Positions 22,997-33,843 of a stretch of 64,000 nt of DNA are shown in pieces. The translations under genes and the position numbers were made by a program. This stretch comes from Williopsis jadinii. Its lineage: Eukaryota. Under the pieces are notes generated by a model that saw only the letters and a list, made by a program, of their open reading frames with translations, ran no database searches and was not told the origin of the DNA. The stretch is from positions 1,984,001 to 2,048,000 of the forward strand of contig AP024666.1 in NCBI GenBank assembly GCA_024346625.1. Direction: 5' to 3'. Numbering within the stretch: the first letter of the stretch is position 1; each line of letters begins with the position of its first letter.

Positions 22997-24403
22997 TCAC
23001 CAGTTTGTAACGTCTTCAGCTTCACCAAAGACAGACTCTTTGATCTCTGTGACTGGCTCCTCCTCCCATGGAATACCAGGAGCATTGACGATATCAGCAC
23101 ATTCCCTGTTGAGGAAGTCCATGATCATTTGGTTGATGGAGGCAAACTCCAGCAGGAAGGCATCATGGCCCTCTGGCGAGTCAATCTTCACCAGCTCTGC
23201 GTTGGGCATGAACTGTGCAATTGTCTCCTGTTCTGAATACGTGAACAACCCATCCGAGCTGATGCCCACAACCAACGCTTGCTGTTTCAACGAGCCCAGC
23301 AGGCTCTCCAGGTCACCGTCCCTGTCTCTTGCAATGTCATGTGTGTCCAGCTTTCTCGTTATAGAGATATAGCAGTTGGCATCAAATCTATTTATGAACT
23401 TATCACCTTGGTAACGCAAATAGCTCTGAGCAGAGAAGAACGTCTGGTGTCTGTGTGTTACTGAGTTCGACGAGGCTGTTGTGGATGTTGAAGATACAGA
23501 GTTCGATCTCTCTTGACTCGTCTCCGAGCCTACCGGCTCATCAGCCAGCTTACGACCTCTTTTATGTCCCTCATTGTGGATTGCCCAGTGCTCCTCCTGT
23601 GCCGTCGAAGGTTGTCTGTGGCTTGGTGATGAAGGAGCAATGTTCTTCGCCTTTATGGACTTCACCAGGTTTGGATCCTTTCTACCGAATCTTTGTTCAA
23701 ATGAGTTTCTAGAACGGTATGTCAGCAGAGCACTCATTCTGGCAGCACCTAGCCCTGTGGCTGGTGGGTCGTTCAAGTCGTAGTAGCCGTCCAAGTACTT
23801 TGGGTCAGAATAGATACACTGTCTCTGAGCCTCACCCCAGCTGATACACCACGCGGAGTGTCTTGCACTTGTAGCCAGTGGGATGATGTTCTTGACGTAG
23901 TCCACGCCGTAGAATGCCCATTCCAACGTGAGCATGCCTCCCATGGAGCCACCAATCACCACTGCGATCTGCTTCACGCCAAGCGAGTCCAGGATCAACC
24001 TGTGGATCGCCACGTCGTCTCTGACGGTGCACAGTGGGAACTCAGGCCCCCATCTCTCCCCGGTCTCAGGGTTCAGTGTTACTGGTGATGCTGAGCCATA
24101 AGGTGATCCCAGCGAATTCAAGCACACAATGAAGAACTTTGTAGGGTCAAAGGCTCGTCCGGGTCCCAGTAGCGGGCCCCACCAATCAGCAACGTCACTC
24201 GAGCCTGTCAGAGCATGGCAGATCACCATACAATTGTCGCCTTTCTCGTTCAGCTTACCCCAGGTCTTATAAGCCACTGGTACCCTCGTGAGGAGATAGC
24301 CCGACTCCAGTTCGAACTCCGGTACAATAGCAATCCTTTGCTTGTTGACGAGCTTGGAAAACGGGTTCTCAGGCTCAGAGGCTATGTGCTCAAACGTTGA
24401 CAT
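22997..24403 (-). CDS. MET2: Homoserine O-acetyltransferase
   Basis: ICHALTGS, nucleophile GGSMGG, RFDANCY, SDGLF, EGHDAFLLE. Confidence 0.95.
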   Translation of the reverse strand: MSTFEHIASEPENPFSKLVNKQRIAIVPEFELESGYLLTRVPVAYKTWGKLNEKGDNCMVICHALTGSSDVADWWGPLLGPGRAFDPTKFFIVCLNSLGSPYGSASPVTLNPETGERWGPEFPLCTVRDDVAIHRLILDSLGVKQIAVVIGGSMGGMLTLEWAFYGVDYVKNIIPLATSARHSAWCISWGEAQRQCIYSDPKYLDGYYDLNDPPATGLGAARMSALLTYRSRNSFEQRFGRKDPNLVKSIKAKNIAPSSPSHRQPSTAQEEHWAIHNEGHKRGRKLADEPVGSETSQERSNSVSSTSTTASSNSVTHRHQTFFSAQSYLRYQGDKFINRFDANCYISITRKLDTHDIARDRDGDLESLLGSLKQQALVVGISSDGLFTYSEQETIAQFMPNAELVKIDSPEGHDAFLLEFASINQMIMDFLNRECADIVNAPGIPWEEEPVTEIKESVFGEAEDVTNW

Positions 24404-24600
24404 TGGTTTCTCTTCAGTTTGCTCGATAAAGCAATTGATAAGCGATGACTGGTCTGTTGAAATGGAGATGAAGAGGGAAAAGTTTTCGTTTTGGGTATGA
24501 TGTAGTTCTCAATGCGGCAAGCGCGCATAACCGCGCCGGGGGTTTCCCAAGTGGGAAGCGTAAGCGTTCTGACGTGATGCTTAGATAATCATTACATAAG

Positions 24601-24652
24601 CATTATAATTATTATAGTATATTATATTATATTATATCATATCATATCATAT
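24601..24652. repeat. AT-rich (TATTA)n/(ATATC)n microsatellite at the SPC25 3' end
   Basis: ATTATATTATATTATATCATATCATATCATATCA. Confidence 0.7.
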
Positions 24653-25329
24653 CATGGTTGAGTCGACTCTTTGAAGCACTGCCTCGTGTGCTTCAGGAAC
24701 TGCGTCAGGTCCCGTGATTCGTTGAAGCTGTCCAACAGAGCATCCAGTTTGTCCTTCGGTAGCTGTGGCTCCACTCTTTCAATGGCGTATAGATGGTTTG
24801 ACACGTTTAGATCTAATGAACACTGTCTCTTTGGATCCTGTGAATTGACATTCTCAAAGACAAATCTCAGCAAGTTATCCTTCAGCCCTTCAATCTTGAA
24901 GCCCAGCAGCTGCTCATATATCAGTGTCTCTGGCAAGTCCAGATCGCTCTGCCTCGACTTGGCCTGTTTCAGTTTGCTCAACTCCTCTCTCTTCGAAACA
25001 ACCTTACCTTGGAGCTCTTCCACTTGGGATTCCAACTGTCTCTTATCCTCAAGTAGCTGTCGATGCCTTAAATTCAGCTCCGTGATCCGAGATTGCGATC
25101 CTTGAACATCCCCAGCCTCCTTGGACAGTTGGTGTCCCAGCTCCTTCTCCCTGTCCTCACACTCCTTGACCTTGAGTATCAACTCCTTATGCTCTGATTG
25201 CAACTGTGACACGGTATGGAGGTACTCCTCCTTGGCCTGAACGATTTCGTTCTTCTGCCTCGAGATGAACTCGTTGAACTTCTCGCTGACCTGCTCTATT
25301 CTGCTCTGTATCTCTGGGTCGAATGACAT
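24652..25329 (-). CDS. SPC25: NDC80 kinetochore complex subunit Spc25
   Basis: Long coiled coil, then YEQLLGFKIEG..LRFVF.NV..DPKR..C.LDL RWD domain; divergent from ISC1 as in S. cerevisiae YER018C/YER019W; alternative in-frame ATG at 25413. Confidence 0.88.
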   Translation of the reverse strand: MSFDPEIQSRIEQVSEKFNEFISRQKNEIVQAKEEYLHTVSQLQSEHKELILKVKECEDREKELGHQLSKEAGDVQGSQSRITELNLRHRQLLEDKRQLESQVEELQGKVVSKREELSKLKQAKSRQSDLDLPETLIYEQLLGFKIEGLKDNLLRFVFENVNSQDPKRQCSLDLNVSNHLYAIERVEPQLPKDKLDALLDSFNESRDLTQFLKHTRQCFKESTQP

Positions 25330-25692
25330 CGTGCTTACGCGGTGCTCGAAGGCTGAGGCCCGATGCTTTGGAGAAGGAGAAGCGGTGGTTTGTTTTGATG
25401 TAAACAAAGGCATTCAGAAGAACACCCGGACACCGTGACACCCAAACACCACACCCAAACACCCAAACACACCGGGACGGAATAGCCGCCCCCCGGCACC
25501 AACAAAACCACAAAGCTCAACACAGAAAGACGTAAACAAAGGCATCAACAAACGCATCGACAGAGGCGCAAACCACCACAACAACCCTCTCACACACAGA
25601 GCTTCTCGCAGTTGATAGAACAGCCTCAATTGCACACTCGCCATTGATACACAGACGAAGAGGCAACAGAAGAGGAAGGAGCCACAGCCGAG

Positions 25693-26964
25693 ATGTCTAC
25701 ACCAACAGTGAGGCTCTTGACACTAAACACCTGGGGACTCAAGTATATATCCAAGTTCAGGAATGAGCGGTTGAGGGCGATAGCCAATAGGTTGGCTGAT
25801 GAGCACGAGAAGTACGATGTTGTGGCGTTACAGGAGGTGTGGGTGGAGGAGGACTGGGAGTACATTGTGAAGATGTGCAAGGAGTTCTTCCCCTATCTGA
25901 GGAAGTTCAGTGCTGGTGTGGTTTCAGGCCCTGGGTTGGCTATTTTGTCGAAGATACCCATTGAGTCGACTTTCCTCTATAGATTTCCCATTAACGGGAG
26001 ACCGTCAGCGTTCTGGAGAGGTGATTGGTTTGTCGGTAAGTCTGTTGCTGTGACGTTGCTACAGCCCGTGGAGGATAACGTCCATCCTCTAGCAATATTG
26101 AATTCCCACATGCATGCCCCGTACGCACGGACGGGGGATGCTGCTTATGAATGCCACAGGTCGTGTCAGGCTTGGGACTTTGCCAAGTTGTCCAATCTGC
26201 TCTCAAGATCTGGGTATGCCGTTGTCATTGTGGGAGACTTGAACTCAAGACCTGGGTCTCTACCACACAAGTTTCTCACTTTGGAAACGACTTTGATCGA
26301 TAGCTGGGAGCAGCTGAACGGTGTGCAGGACTTGAAGAGAATAGCAGCGTTGTCTCCAAGCTTACAAGTTGAAATTGGAGGCACCACGTGTGATTCGCTT
26401 TTAAACACTTGGAGATCACACTGCCAGCCAGATGAGGCATGTCGCTTGGACTACGCGTTGATTGACGCCTCTAAGACCAAGACAATAGACGCCAAAGTGG
26501 TGTTTACCGAGGAGATGGAAGGGTTTGGCTCGTACTCGGATCACTTTGGCTATTCGTGCACGCTACAGATCCTCAGAAAAGACTTCTATAGACAACTGCA
26601 CCGGTCCAATTCGTTAACGGTGAACAGAGTCGCTTACTACAACGAGATGCTAGACTTGATCGACTCGTACAAGAAAATCGCCCAATGGCAGAAGACCTGG
26701 AGATGTGCACATTTCCTTCTATCGCTAACCATTGTCGTTGGCATCCACGTCGCAACGACCTTCACATCCAACGTTGCAGGTTGGTCCTCTGTATTTTGGG
26801 TGTTCAGCTCCACAGTGATAGGCATAACGGGAACAGTCAACGGGATCATTGGTTTTATCTTTGGCAATTACGAGCTCAGAGCGTTGGACGAGGTTCGGAT
26901 GGAGGTTGAAGATACAAAGGCCTCCATCTCAACCATCAACCTGAACTACCTGAAGATGAACTGA
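25693..26964 (+). CDS. ISC1: Inositol phosphosphingolipid phospholipase C (neutral sphingomyelinase family)
   Basis: LTLNTWGLKY, ALQEVW, GDLNSRP, TCDS..NTW, RLDYAL, SDHFG, two C-terminal TM segments. Confidence 0.95.
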   Translation: MSTPTVRLLTLNTWGLKYISKFRNERLRAIANRLADEHEKYDVVALQEVWVEEDWEYIVKMCKEFFPYLRKFSAGVVSGPGLAILSKIPIESTFLYRFPINGRPSAFWRGDWFVGKSVAVTLLQPVEDNVHPLAILNSHMHAPYARTGDAAYECHRSCQAWDFAKLSNLLSRSGYAVVIVGDLNSRPGSLPHKFLTLETTLIDSWEQLNGVQDLKRIAALSPSLQVEIGGTTCDSLLNTWRSHCQPDEACRLDYALIDASKTKTIDAKVVFTEEMEGFGSYSDHFGYSCTLQILRKDFYRQLHRSNSLTVNRVAYYNEMLDLIDSYKKIAQWQKTWRCAHFLLSLTIVVGIHVATTFTSNVAGWSSVFWVFSSTVIGITGTVNGIIGFIFGNYELRALDEVRMEVEDTKASISTINLNYLKMN

Positions 26965-27423
26965 GTTACCCCTGTGTTTGCTCGCTTGAGACTCTGAACA
27001 CCATGCTTATATATACCCGTGTGCGTGTATATCGCATAGCGACTCATGATCTAATTAATTAATCTAATGTCCATATAATTATAATCATTATAATTGTTAT
27101 AATAATTATCACATATTAACCCGGACACCAACACCCAAAGCTCCGGGCGCATAAAATTTCTTTTTCCTCAGATTGCGGTTTCTCCTGGTTGCCATGGAAA
27201 CGTGCATCGCAGCCCGTGCGCACCAAATTGCATCAAATTTATTGCTTCAATTGCTTTGCTTCCACCGTTGGAGCCCACCGGGTGGGCTCACGTTGACGAT
27301 CTTTGCGCTGTGAGAAGGTGTGCGATTGCTGATCTGCCCGTGCTCTTTTCTCCCCCGTTTGATTCGTTGATTGGCTGGTTGTTTGGCCTCAGTATCACTG
27401 CTATTAATACCCATACGCTCAAT

Positions 27424-28992
27424 ATGACAGAGCCCTCGAAGAGTGCCATCACCGTCACAGGCGATGAATTAGAGAGGAAAACCGTATGGCACAGGCTCCG
27501 GCACTTCCCACTGTGCCGGGGAATCGTTGCTGACGTGAGAGACCGTCTGCCCTACTACCGGTCGGACTGGACTGATGCCTGGAACTACAGAGTGATACCT
27601 GCCACTATACTGACTTACTTCACCAATATCTTCCCTGCCATTGCCTTTGCACAGGACATGTTTGACCGCACAGACAACAGCTATGGCGTCAACGAGGTGC
27701 TGCTGGCAAGTGCGCTTGCTGGCGTGGTGTTTGGTGTCTTTTCTGGCCAGCCATTGACCATTGTTGGCGTAACAGGGCCAATATCGATCTTCAACTATAC
27801 GGTGTACGAGATCATCAAGCCACTGGATATACCGTTCTTCCCGTTCATGTTCTGGATCTCGATCTGGGGCATGATCTGCCACTTCATCATCTCAATGACA
27901 AACAGTGTCTCTGCCCTGAAATACGTCACCAAGTTCCCCTGCGATATCTTTGGAATGTTCATCAACATCGTCTACCTCATAAAGGGAGTGGAAATCTTAT
28001 CACGGCAGTTCACTCCTCAGGATAGCGGTGCTAGTGGCTTTGCCAGCGTGGTGGTTGCGATATCGATGGGAATTGTGGGATTTGCAGGGAACTCCTTCAA
28101 CGAGACAAACTACTTCAACCGGCACGTCAGACAGTTCATCGTTGATTATACCACGCCAGGCTGTGTTGTGTTCTTCTCTGGGTTCATCCATTTTGGTGGG
28201 TACTTGAACAACGTTGAGCTTGCCAAGTTGCCAATCACCAAGGCCTTCAGACCAACTGGCAGAGAGCACTGGATCGACGTCAGTGGCCTGAGAGTGAACG
28301 ATGTGTTCCTGGCCTTGCCCTTTGGCATCATATTGGCCATACTGTTCTACTTCGACCACTCAATCTCTGCCCTGATGGCACAGGATGAGAAGTACAAGCT
28401 GAAGAAACCAAGTGCTTTCCACTATGACCTGTTCCTGTTGGGTATCGTCACCGGCATCGCAGGGCTATTGGGCATACCATGTCCCAATGGCCTGATTCCT
28501 CAGGCTCCTCTTCATACAGAGTCTTGTCTTGTTAGAGACAAGAAGGGACGAGTCACTGGCTGCGTGGAGCAGAGATTCACCAACACCGTCCAAGGCCTGA
28601 TGCTCTTTGGCACGATGACGAGGCCTCTACTGGTCTGTCTGGGCAATATCCCACAGTGTGTGCTGGCAGGGATGTTCTTCATCATGGGCTCAACTGGCTT
28701 GAACGGGAATGAGATCTTCAACAGGATCAGATTGCTCTGTCGACACGACAAGGCTGATCCGAGCCCGTTGAGCCATGTTCCTCAGAAGAAGTTGTACCTC
28801 TTTGTGATGTTCTCCCTCCTGGGGACAGCTGCTGAGGTTGGAATCGTTCAAACAAAGGGCTCCATTGGGTTTCCTCTGGTGTTGTTACTGAGTGTCATAC
28901 TGACGATGTGGTTTCCAAAGGTTTTCACCCGTGAAGAGCTGGATATAATGGACGGGCCAGTGGCACACGAGAACACGCTGAAGAACCTCTGA
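27424..28992 (+). CDS. BOR1: Boron efflux transporter (SLC4/HCO3- family)
   Basis: RLPYYRSDWTDAWNYR, QPLTIVGVTGP, FYFDHSIS, KKPSAFHYD, NGLIPQAPLHT, VEQRFTN; first ATG at 27424. Confidence 0.93.
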   Translation: MTEPSKSAITVTGDELERKTVWHRLRHFPLCRGIVADVRDRLPYYRSDWTDAWNYRVIPATILTYFTNIFPAIAFAQDMFDRTDNSYGVNEVLLASALAGVVFGVFSGQPLTIVGVTGPISIFNYTVYEIIKPLDIPFFPFMFWISIWGMICHFIISMTNSVSALKYVTKFPCDIFGMFINIVYLIKGVEILSRQFTPQDSGASGFASVVVAISMGIVGFAGNSFNETNYFNRHVRQFIVDYTTPGCVVFFSGFIHFGGYLNNVELAKLPITKAFRPTGREHWIDVSGLRVNDVFLALPFGIILAILFYFDHSISALMAQDEKYKLKKPSAFHYDLFLLGIVTGIAGLLGIPCPNGLIPQAPLHTESCLVRDKKGRVTGCVEQRFTNTVQGLMLFGTMTRPLLVCLGNIPQCVLAGMFFIMGSTGLNGNEIFNRIRLLCRHDKADPSPLSHVPQKKLYLFVMFSLLGTAAEVGIVQTKGSIGFPLVLLLSVILTMWFPKVFTREELDIMDGPVAHENTLKNL

Positions 28993-29083
28993 AGAGCCTC
29001 TGGCATCGCTATACAGGCATCGTTCGCTGTGTACGTGTGTTTTTCCTCCATCTATACATAATGATAATACATAGCTATACACA

Positions 29084-30070
29084 TCACTCCTTGTAGCCCA
29101 GCTTCAACGTCTCCAGGTCCGCATAGAGGAAGTCGTAGAGCCAGAACCCAGGTGGGATGGTGAACAGATGCCACAGAGCATGGGCATCTACTTGGAACGT
29201 GAGGTTTATGAAATCAAACACCTCAAACGACATCGCTGCCACGACAGTTCCTATGAGTATCAGAGGTTTCATCCACAATGGATCCTTTGGATCCCTCTTA
29301 TAGTGGTCGTACCCCATCTTCAGCAGCAGGCCATACTGTAGCACTGCCACGGTGATGTTTGCCCTCATGTTATAGGTATAACTCCAATCGTAGTTGAGTC
29401 TTAGGAAGTGATACAGGTACATAAGACAGCACATGATGGACACCGCATGCCGTCTCTTTGCGAATCTGTCGAGCCTACAAACACGGATCAGCAGGCCGTG
29501 GAAGCCACCTAGCACAGTGGCACCGGCAAAGAAGTAGTCGAGCCGTTCAGTGATGAGCAAGTCCCTAATGTGGAAGATAGTGCTGAAGAACCAGGCACAC
29601 GAAGTGATGGCACTTATGATGATGATGTTCCAGTAGAGAATCTTCAAGGAGCCAAACGAGCTCTGGTAGTAGCCGTAGCACCTGTACAGGTTCTGGTAGT
29701 GTGGTAGGAAGTTCCCCAGGGAGAACAGTGCGCTGGCCAGCTCCTGAGTGCCCAATAGTCTCTTGAACGGCCATTTCCCATGGAATTGCAGCACCTCTTC
29801 ACCATCACGGAGCCTCAACTCGGTGACGATTTGCTGGCACTGATAGTCGCAGTCAGAGGGACAGTCCCACAGCAGCAGCCGTAGCAGTGGATTCAGCGAA
29901 TCGTACGGATAGGAGTTGAAGAATCCACTGTTCGATGCCATGTCCTTGGTTCCACACTGGGTGTATTCGCATGCCTGTATACAGTCCTCGAATTCGTCCA
30001 ATTGATCGCCAGGAGAGCACCACGAAGGCACTAACAGCGAAAGCAGCACAGCACAGTGTGATAACTTCAT
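29084..30070 (-). CDS. PER1: GPI lipid-remodelling protein (PGAP3/Per1)
   Basis: Signal peptide MKLSHCAV..SPGD; WDCPSDCDYQCQ; QFHGKWPF; FHIRD...ERLDY; DAHALWH. Confidence 0.93.
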   Translation of the reverse strand: MKLSHCAVLLSLLVPSWCSPGDQLDEFEDCIQACEYTQCGTKDMASNSGFFNSYPYDSLNPLLRLLLWDCPSDCDYQCQQIVTELRLRDGEEVLQFHGKWPFKRLLGTQELASALFSLGNFLPHYQNLYRCYGYYQSSFGSLKILYWNIIIISAITSCAWFFSTIFHIRDLLITERLDYFFAGATVLGGFHGLLIRVCRLDRFAKRRHAVSIMCCLMYLYHFLRLNYDWSYTYNMRANITVAVLQYGLLLKMGYDHYKRDPKDPLWMKPLILIGTVVAAMSFEVFDFINLTFQVDAHALWHLFTIPPGFWLYDFLYADLETLKLGYKE

Positions 30071-30672
30071 GGAGTTTATCACAGAGTGGCCGTTGCGGGA
30101 TGTTTTGCGATGATTGAAGTGATGGAGTTCAGCATACAACGGTGTGTCTCACAGGGAGGAGTGTATAGGTGGTGTCCGGGTGTTGAGCAGAAAGCATGGT
30201 GCTGTGGTTTACGCGTGTGGGTCACGTGCTGCGGGTAAATTTCAGAACGACGACAAAAGGGGGCCAGGATCCTTGGTGATGCGTTACTACGGCAACGGTC
30301 GTCTATATATATATATACATTGCCATATATATAAACGGCTATTTATAATTAAATCATTAAATTAAAAGGACAATTTGTGATGTCACGAGCACTGTCCTGC
30401 GTAGTGCCACATGTCCCGTGGCAGCAGCGAAGAAAGTAACAAAGGTTTGACCCTTGGTGTATGGAGACGAAACAGCTGAGTTGGTGCAATTAGAAGGAAT
30501 AATGGGGGTATCAGTGGTAGCTTTGGGTATAACACAGGTGTTTCTCCGGAATGACGAAGATTGACACCGTATTAGCACTGTTGTGAGGAAGCAGTGAATG
30601 CAAAATTGAAGCAGGAAGAGTGGGTGGGTGGTGACAATTGTGGTGAGAGATGAAGCAGCGTCCAATTGGTGA

Positions 30673-31110
30673 TCAGTTTCTCTTGGAATGGCTCTGATCT
30701 TCGATGAAAGTGAACAGATTCGACGTCGACACCAGTGTTGCACTCTGTGGTATGAATGGAGAGCTGGCTGGCGTTGTTGAGTTGGAATGAGACAGTTCTG
30801 GGACGCTGTCGTGTGTTAGGACCTGTGATGAGATAGTGGACGACGAATACTCTTCCGAGGTCTTGTATAGTGGTATCAAAGGTCTCTGAAGCACTGGTCT
30901 GAATAGACGTTTCAAGGCAATGATTCCCAAGCAGGCTAGTGATACAGCCATTATGACGAACAGCACTCTGTGGAATACACAGCTGCCCTTCACGAACTGA
31001 TCATGAGCGAATTTATAATCGAAATCAAAACGATCGAGGTCCTTGCTATAGCCAGATTCATAGACAGCATGCTCCATGATTTGGTCAAGACCCACTGACG
31101 GAACAACCAT
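30673..31110 (-). CDS. Hypothetical single-pass membrane protein, 145 aa
   Basis: ATG with A at -3, one hydrophobic segment (VLFVIMAVSLACLGIIAL) followed by KR, Ser-rich tail; no recognised family. Confidence 0.5.
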   Translation of the reverse strand: MVVPSVGLDQIMEHAVYESGYSKDLDRFDFDYKFAHDQFVKGSCVFHRVLFVIMAVSLACLGIIALKRLFRPVLQRPLIPLYKTSEEYSSSTISSQVLTHDSVPELSHSNSTTPASSPFIPQSATLVSTSNLFTFIEDQSHSKRN

Positions 31111-32180
31111 TTTCAGTAATGTGTAGTAGTACTGTACTCTTTGATGAGACGAGGGGGTAGACCCTTAGTTGTATGTTATGATGACTGCAAATGAAGAAAG
31201 TCGGGACTGTACCGTCTGCTCTTTATAACACCAACTATAGCTCCTGAATGGAAATTATCGAGACTATATTTAGTTAAATTGATACCCGGTGAATGACTCC
31301 TTTCAACGCACAACTGTATAAAGACGTAATTCAAGCAGTGATGTGAAAGCGAAGATGATTTATACTCAAATCAAAGCTTCACTCTTGTAGTGACTGTAGT
31401 TCAGAGGAGCAGGAGGGAGGAAGAAGAAGAAGACAAAGCACCGTTAAAAAACTCAAGGGTAGTATATATGAAACTCAGACGTATATACCTTGTTCAGTGA
31501 CTGTGTACCTTGATTGAAATTCGGTCACTGGGACATAAAAAGAAATTCCCAAGGTTTATATATATCACTTCCAGTTCCGATTGAGCAAAGTAAGCAAGGA
31601 AGTGGCAGGAAAAAACTTTTACCTTGCACAGCAGACAGTGCACACAGAGCATGGCATGGCGTTACGAAGTTGGGACAGGGCATTGGAGGCAAAGATCGGT
31701 TGTAAAAAAAGAAAAATCACGTATCATGACGATATCTGAATTTCACCATATGATAAGACTTACTGCATGTTAATTATTAACTTCTAGGTATCCTCCACCC
31801 AATAGCCGAAGACACCTTGGTCGTTTAGGTAACTAATGGCAGTAGATATACTGGTTCATAGATGTTGTTTAGTATATATCGCTGGTCTATGGATACCAGA
31901 AGGAAAACCCGATCCAGCCAATGAAAAGACAAAGACGTAAGACATGCGGGAACGGAAAAAGTTGTTGGCATTTTGCGCAATCTGTCGCTTTTTTTCGCCA
32001 AAAAAAATTTTTTTTTGCTTCTATTTTTGTTTTTTCGCAAGTTTCGGAATTACTCAAATGAGCAGTTTCTTATCCAATTACTGCTTTGGGTAAATATAGA
32101 GATACGGATGCATTGTGATACATATGTATACATATTTATACATAACCATACATATGTGGCCAACGTGTGAAGGTGTGCCT

Positions 32181-33194
32181 TCAGCTATGGGAATTGACAC
32201 CTTTCGTTCCAAAGTTATCCAAACCATCAATGAGCTTCTCCATTATGCCATTCAACGCCTCCTCCAAGAGGTCTTCATCAATGGTTCCCGAAAACGTTGG
32301 AACAAAGTATGAATTGTTATGTCGTATAAGTGGCTGGTTATCCAAGGGGGATAGTTCATCAACAACAATGGTGATGTTCATCCCAGCTTCTCCGTTGACA
32401 GGCTCAGAGACCTTGACCGTGACTTCACAATGGTACCCAGTGACATCGATAACTCTCTTCAACTGTTGGAATTGATCATCAGACTGGACTAATGGAAGCT
32501 CTTCTACTAGTGAAGCCACTCCAGACTTTTTGAATAGCACTTCCAACTTGGCGAGTGAAGGGTCAAACTCCCTTTTGATTTTCGGGTAATCGCTGGCCAC
32601 CTTGTTATCGAGCAACTTCACAAGCCTCTTTATGCCCGTTCTCCTGGTTTCTCCCTTATGAAAGATTTGTTCACCAGATGCTAAATTCACAACGGTTGTG
32701 AACGCTCTCCAAGTGCTTTTAGTCATTGGGAGTCCATAGTTGTATGAAAACTTGGCAAATTCATAACTGAGCTTTAGCACACAGCCTGGTATTTTGTGCA
32801 CTTTGTTTATATCTTTGAGACGGCTTTGAATAGACAAACTGTCGTCGTTGGTGATGTTCTCAACAGATAATAGATGGCCAACCTCGTTTTCAACTGATTT
32901 TAACAATTCATGACGATACGAGAGATCTTGTGGTGTGTAGTTTGGTAGAGGAACCACGCCGCCTGCTGTGGAGCAATCTTGATACAGTGTCGGTTCTGAA
33001 GTATAATCACTTGTTGAGGTGCTGTTTACTAATGACATGCTCCATTCAATGGTGGTGGTTGAAGCTGCCGTGGTTGTTGTAGCTGTGGCGGTCTGCGACA
33101 GAAAGCATATGGTTGATGGAGACGTTGTCGAACACGAGCTAACGCCAGAGAGTTGGCTGACTATTTGAGATAATATCACTGTCACCGCCATCAT
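32181..33194 (-). CDS. Hypothetical protein (~337 aa), Ser/Thr-rich N-terminus with globular C-terminal part
   Basis: Uninterrupted >1 kb ORF in an otherwise empty interval; first ATG at 33194; no recognised family. Confidence 0.7.
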   Translation of the reverse strand: MMAVTVILSQIVSQLSGVSSCSTTSPSTICFLSQTATATTTTAASTTTIEWSMSLVNSTSTSDYTSEPTLYQDCSTAGGVVPLPNYTPQDLSYRHELLKSVENEVGHLLSVENITNDDSLSIQSRLKDINKVHKIPGCVLKLSYEFAKFSYNYGLPMTKSTWRAFTTVVNLASGEQIFHKGETRRTGIKRLVKLLDNKVASDYPKIKREFDPSLAKLEVLFKKSGVASLVEELPLVQSDDQFQQLKRVIDVTGYHCEVTVKVSEPVNGEAGMNITIVVDELSPLDNQPLIRHNNSYFVPTFSGTIDEDLLEEALNGIMEKLIDGLDNFGTKGVNSHS

Positions 33195-33576
33195 TACTTG
33201 ATTGTATAAATACTTATTGAGTGGTTTACTCACAGAAAAGATGGTGAAAGTGATGCTAAGTTCGTATTTAATCTTTAATTCGAAAGACCTCTCCCCATTG
33301 AGGCCTTTCACCACAAGCCTTCCAGAACAGCTTATTCTCCCAACAATAACCTCTCCATTGTGACACTACCTGCGCCCAATTGCCATAAAACACATTTCTA
33401 ACACCTCAAGAGCATTTACCAAACTAAATAAACCTCTCAAATTGCACTAAAACAACAAACAGACAAGTGCGAGAAGCGATAAAACCTCACCATGTAACTA
33501 TATGCATGGACATGTACTCTGATGCGCGCCACAGCAACATCGGCAAAGCAGAGGACCGAAAAAGGGGTAACACTGT

Positions 33577-33737
33577 CCCAATTAGGAAATTCCTTCAATC
33601 CCAAGGCTGCATAAATCATCGATGGGACATTTGTAAAGTAAACAAAGCAAACAACTTGCCCAGTTTGCTTGTTTATTTGTTCGTTCGTTGCCCATGTGAC
33701 ATGTAAAGGCCCAAAAGAATACAGCAGAGATAAACAA
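33577..33737. promoter_or_regulatory. Mcm1 box plus forkhead sites upstream of the orphan ORF
   Basis: CCCAATTAGGAAA at 33577-33589; GTAAACAA at 33638-33645; TGTTTAT at 33670; ATAAACAA at 33730. Confidence 0.5.
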
Positions 33738-33843
33738 GTGTGCATTAGACTTCGTGATAGTTGGATTGTTTCGTTTAAATAAGATGATGTGCTCAGATTA
33801 GTATGTACATAGGGTTCAGCGTCCCCATTAAACCCTTGTAGAT

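Noticed and set aside
27001..27423. Plant-like AUG-stop boron-responsive uORF upstream of BOR1
   Set aside because: No AUG immediately followed by a stop was seen; the upstream ATGs probably lie 5' of the transcription start
30221..30360. GTCACGTG followed by an AT-rich tract, possible point centromere
   Set aside because: The sequence right after the CDEI-like site is GC-balanced and there is no CDEIII; more likely a Cbf1-type promoter site (as at 36217 and 61045)
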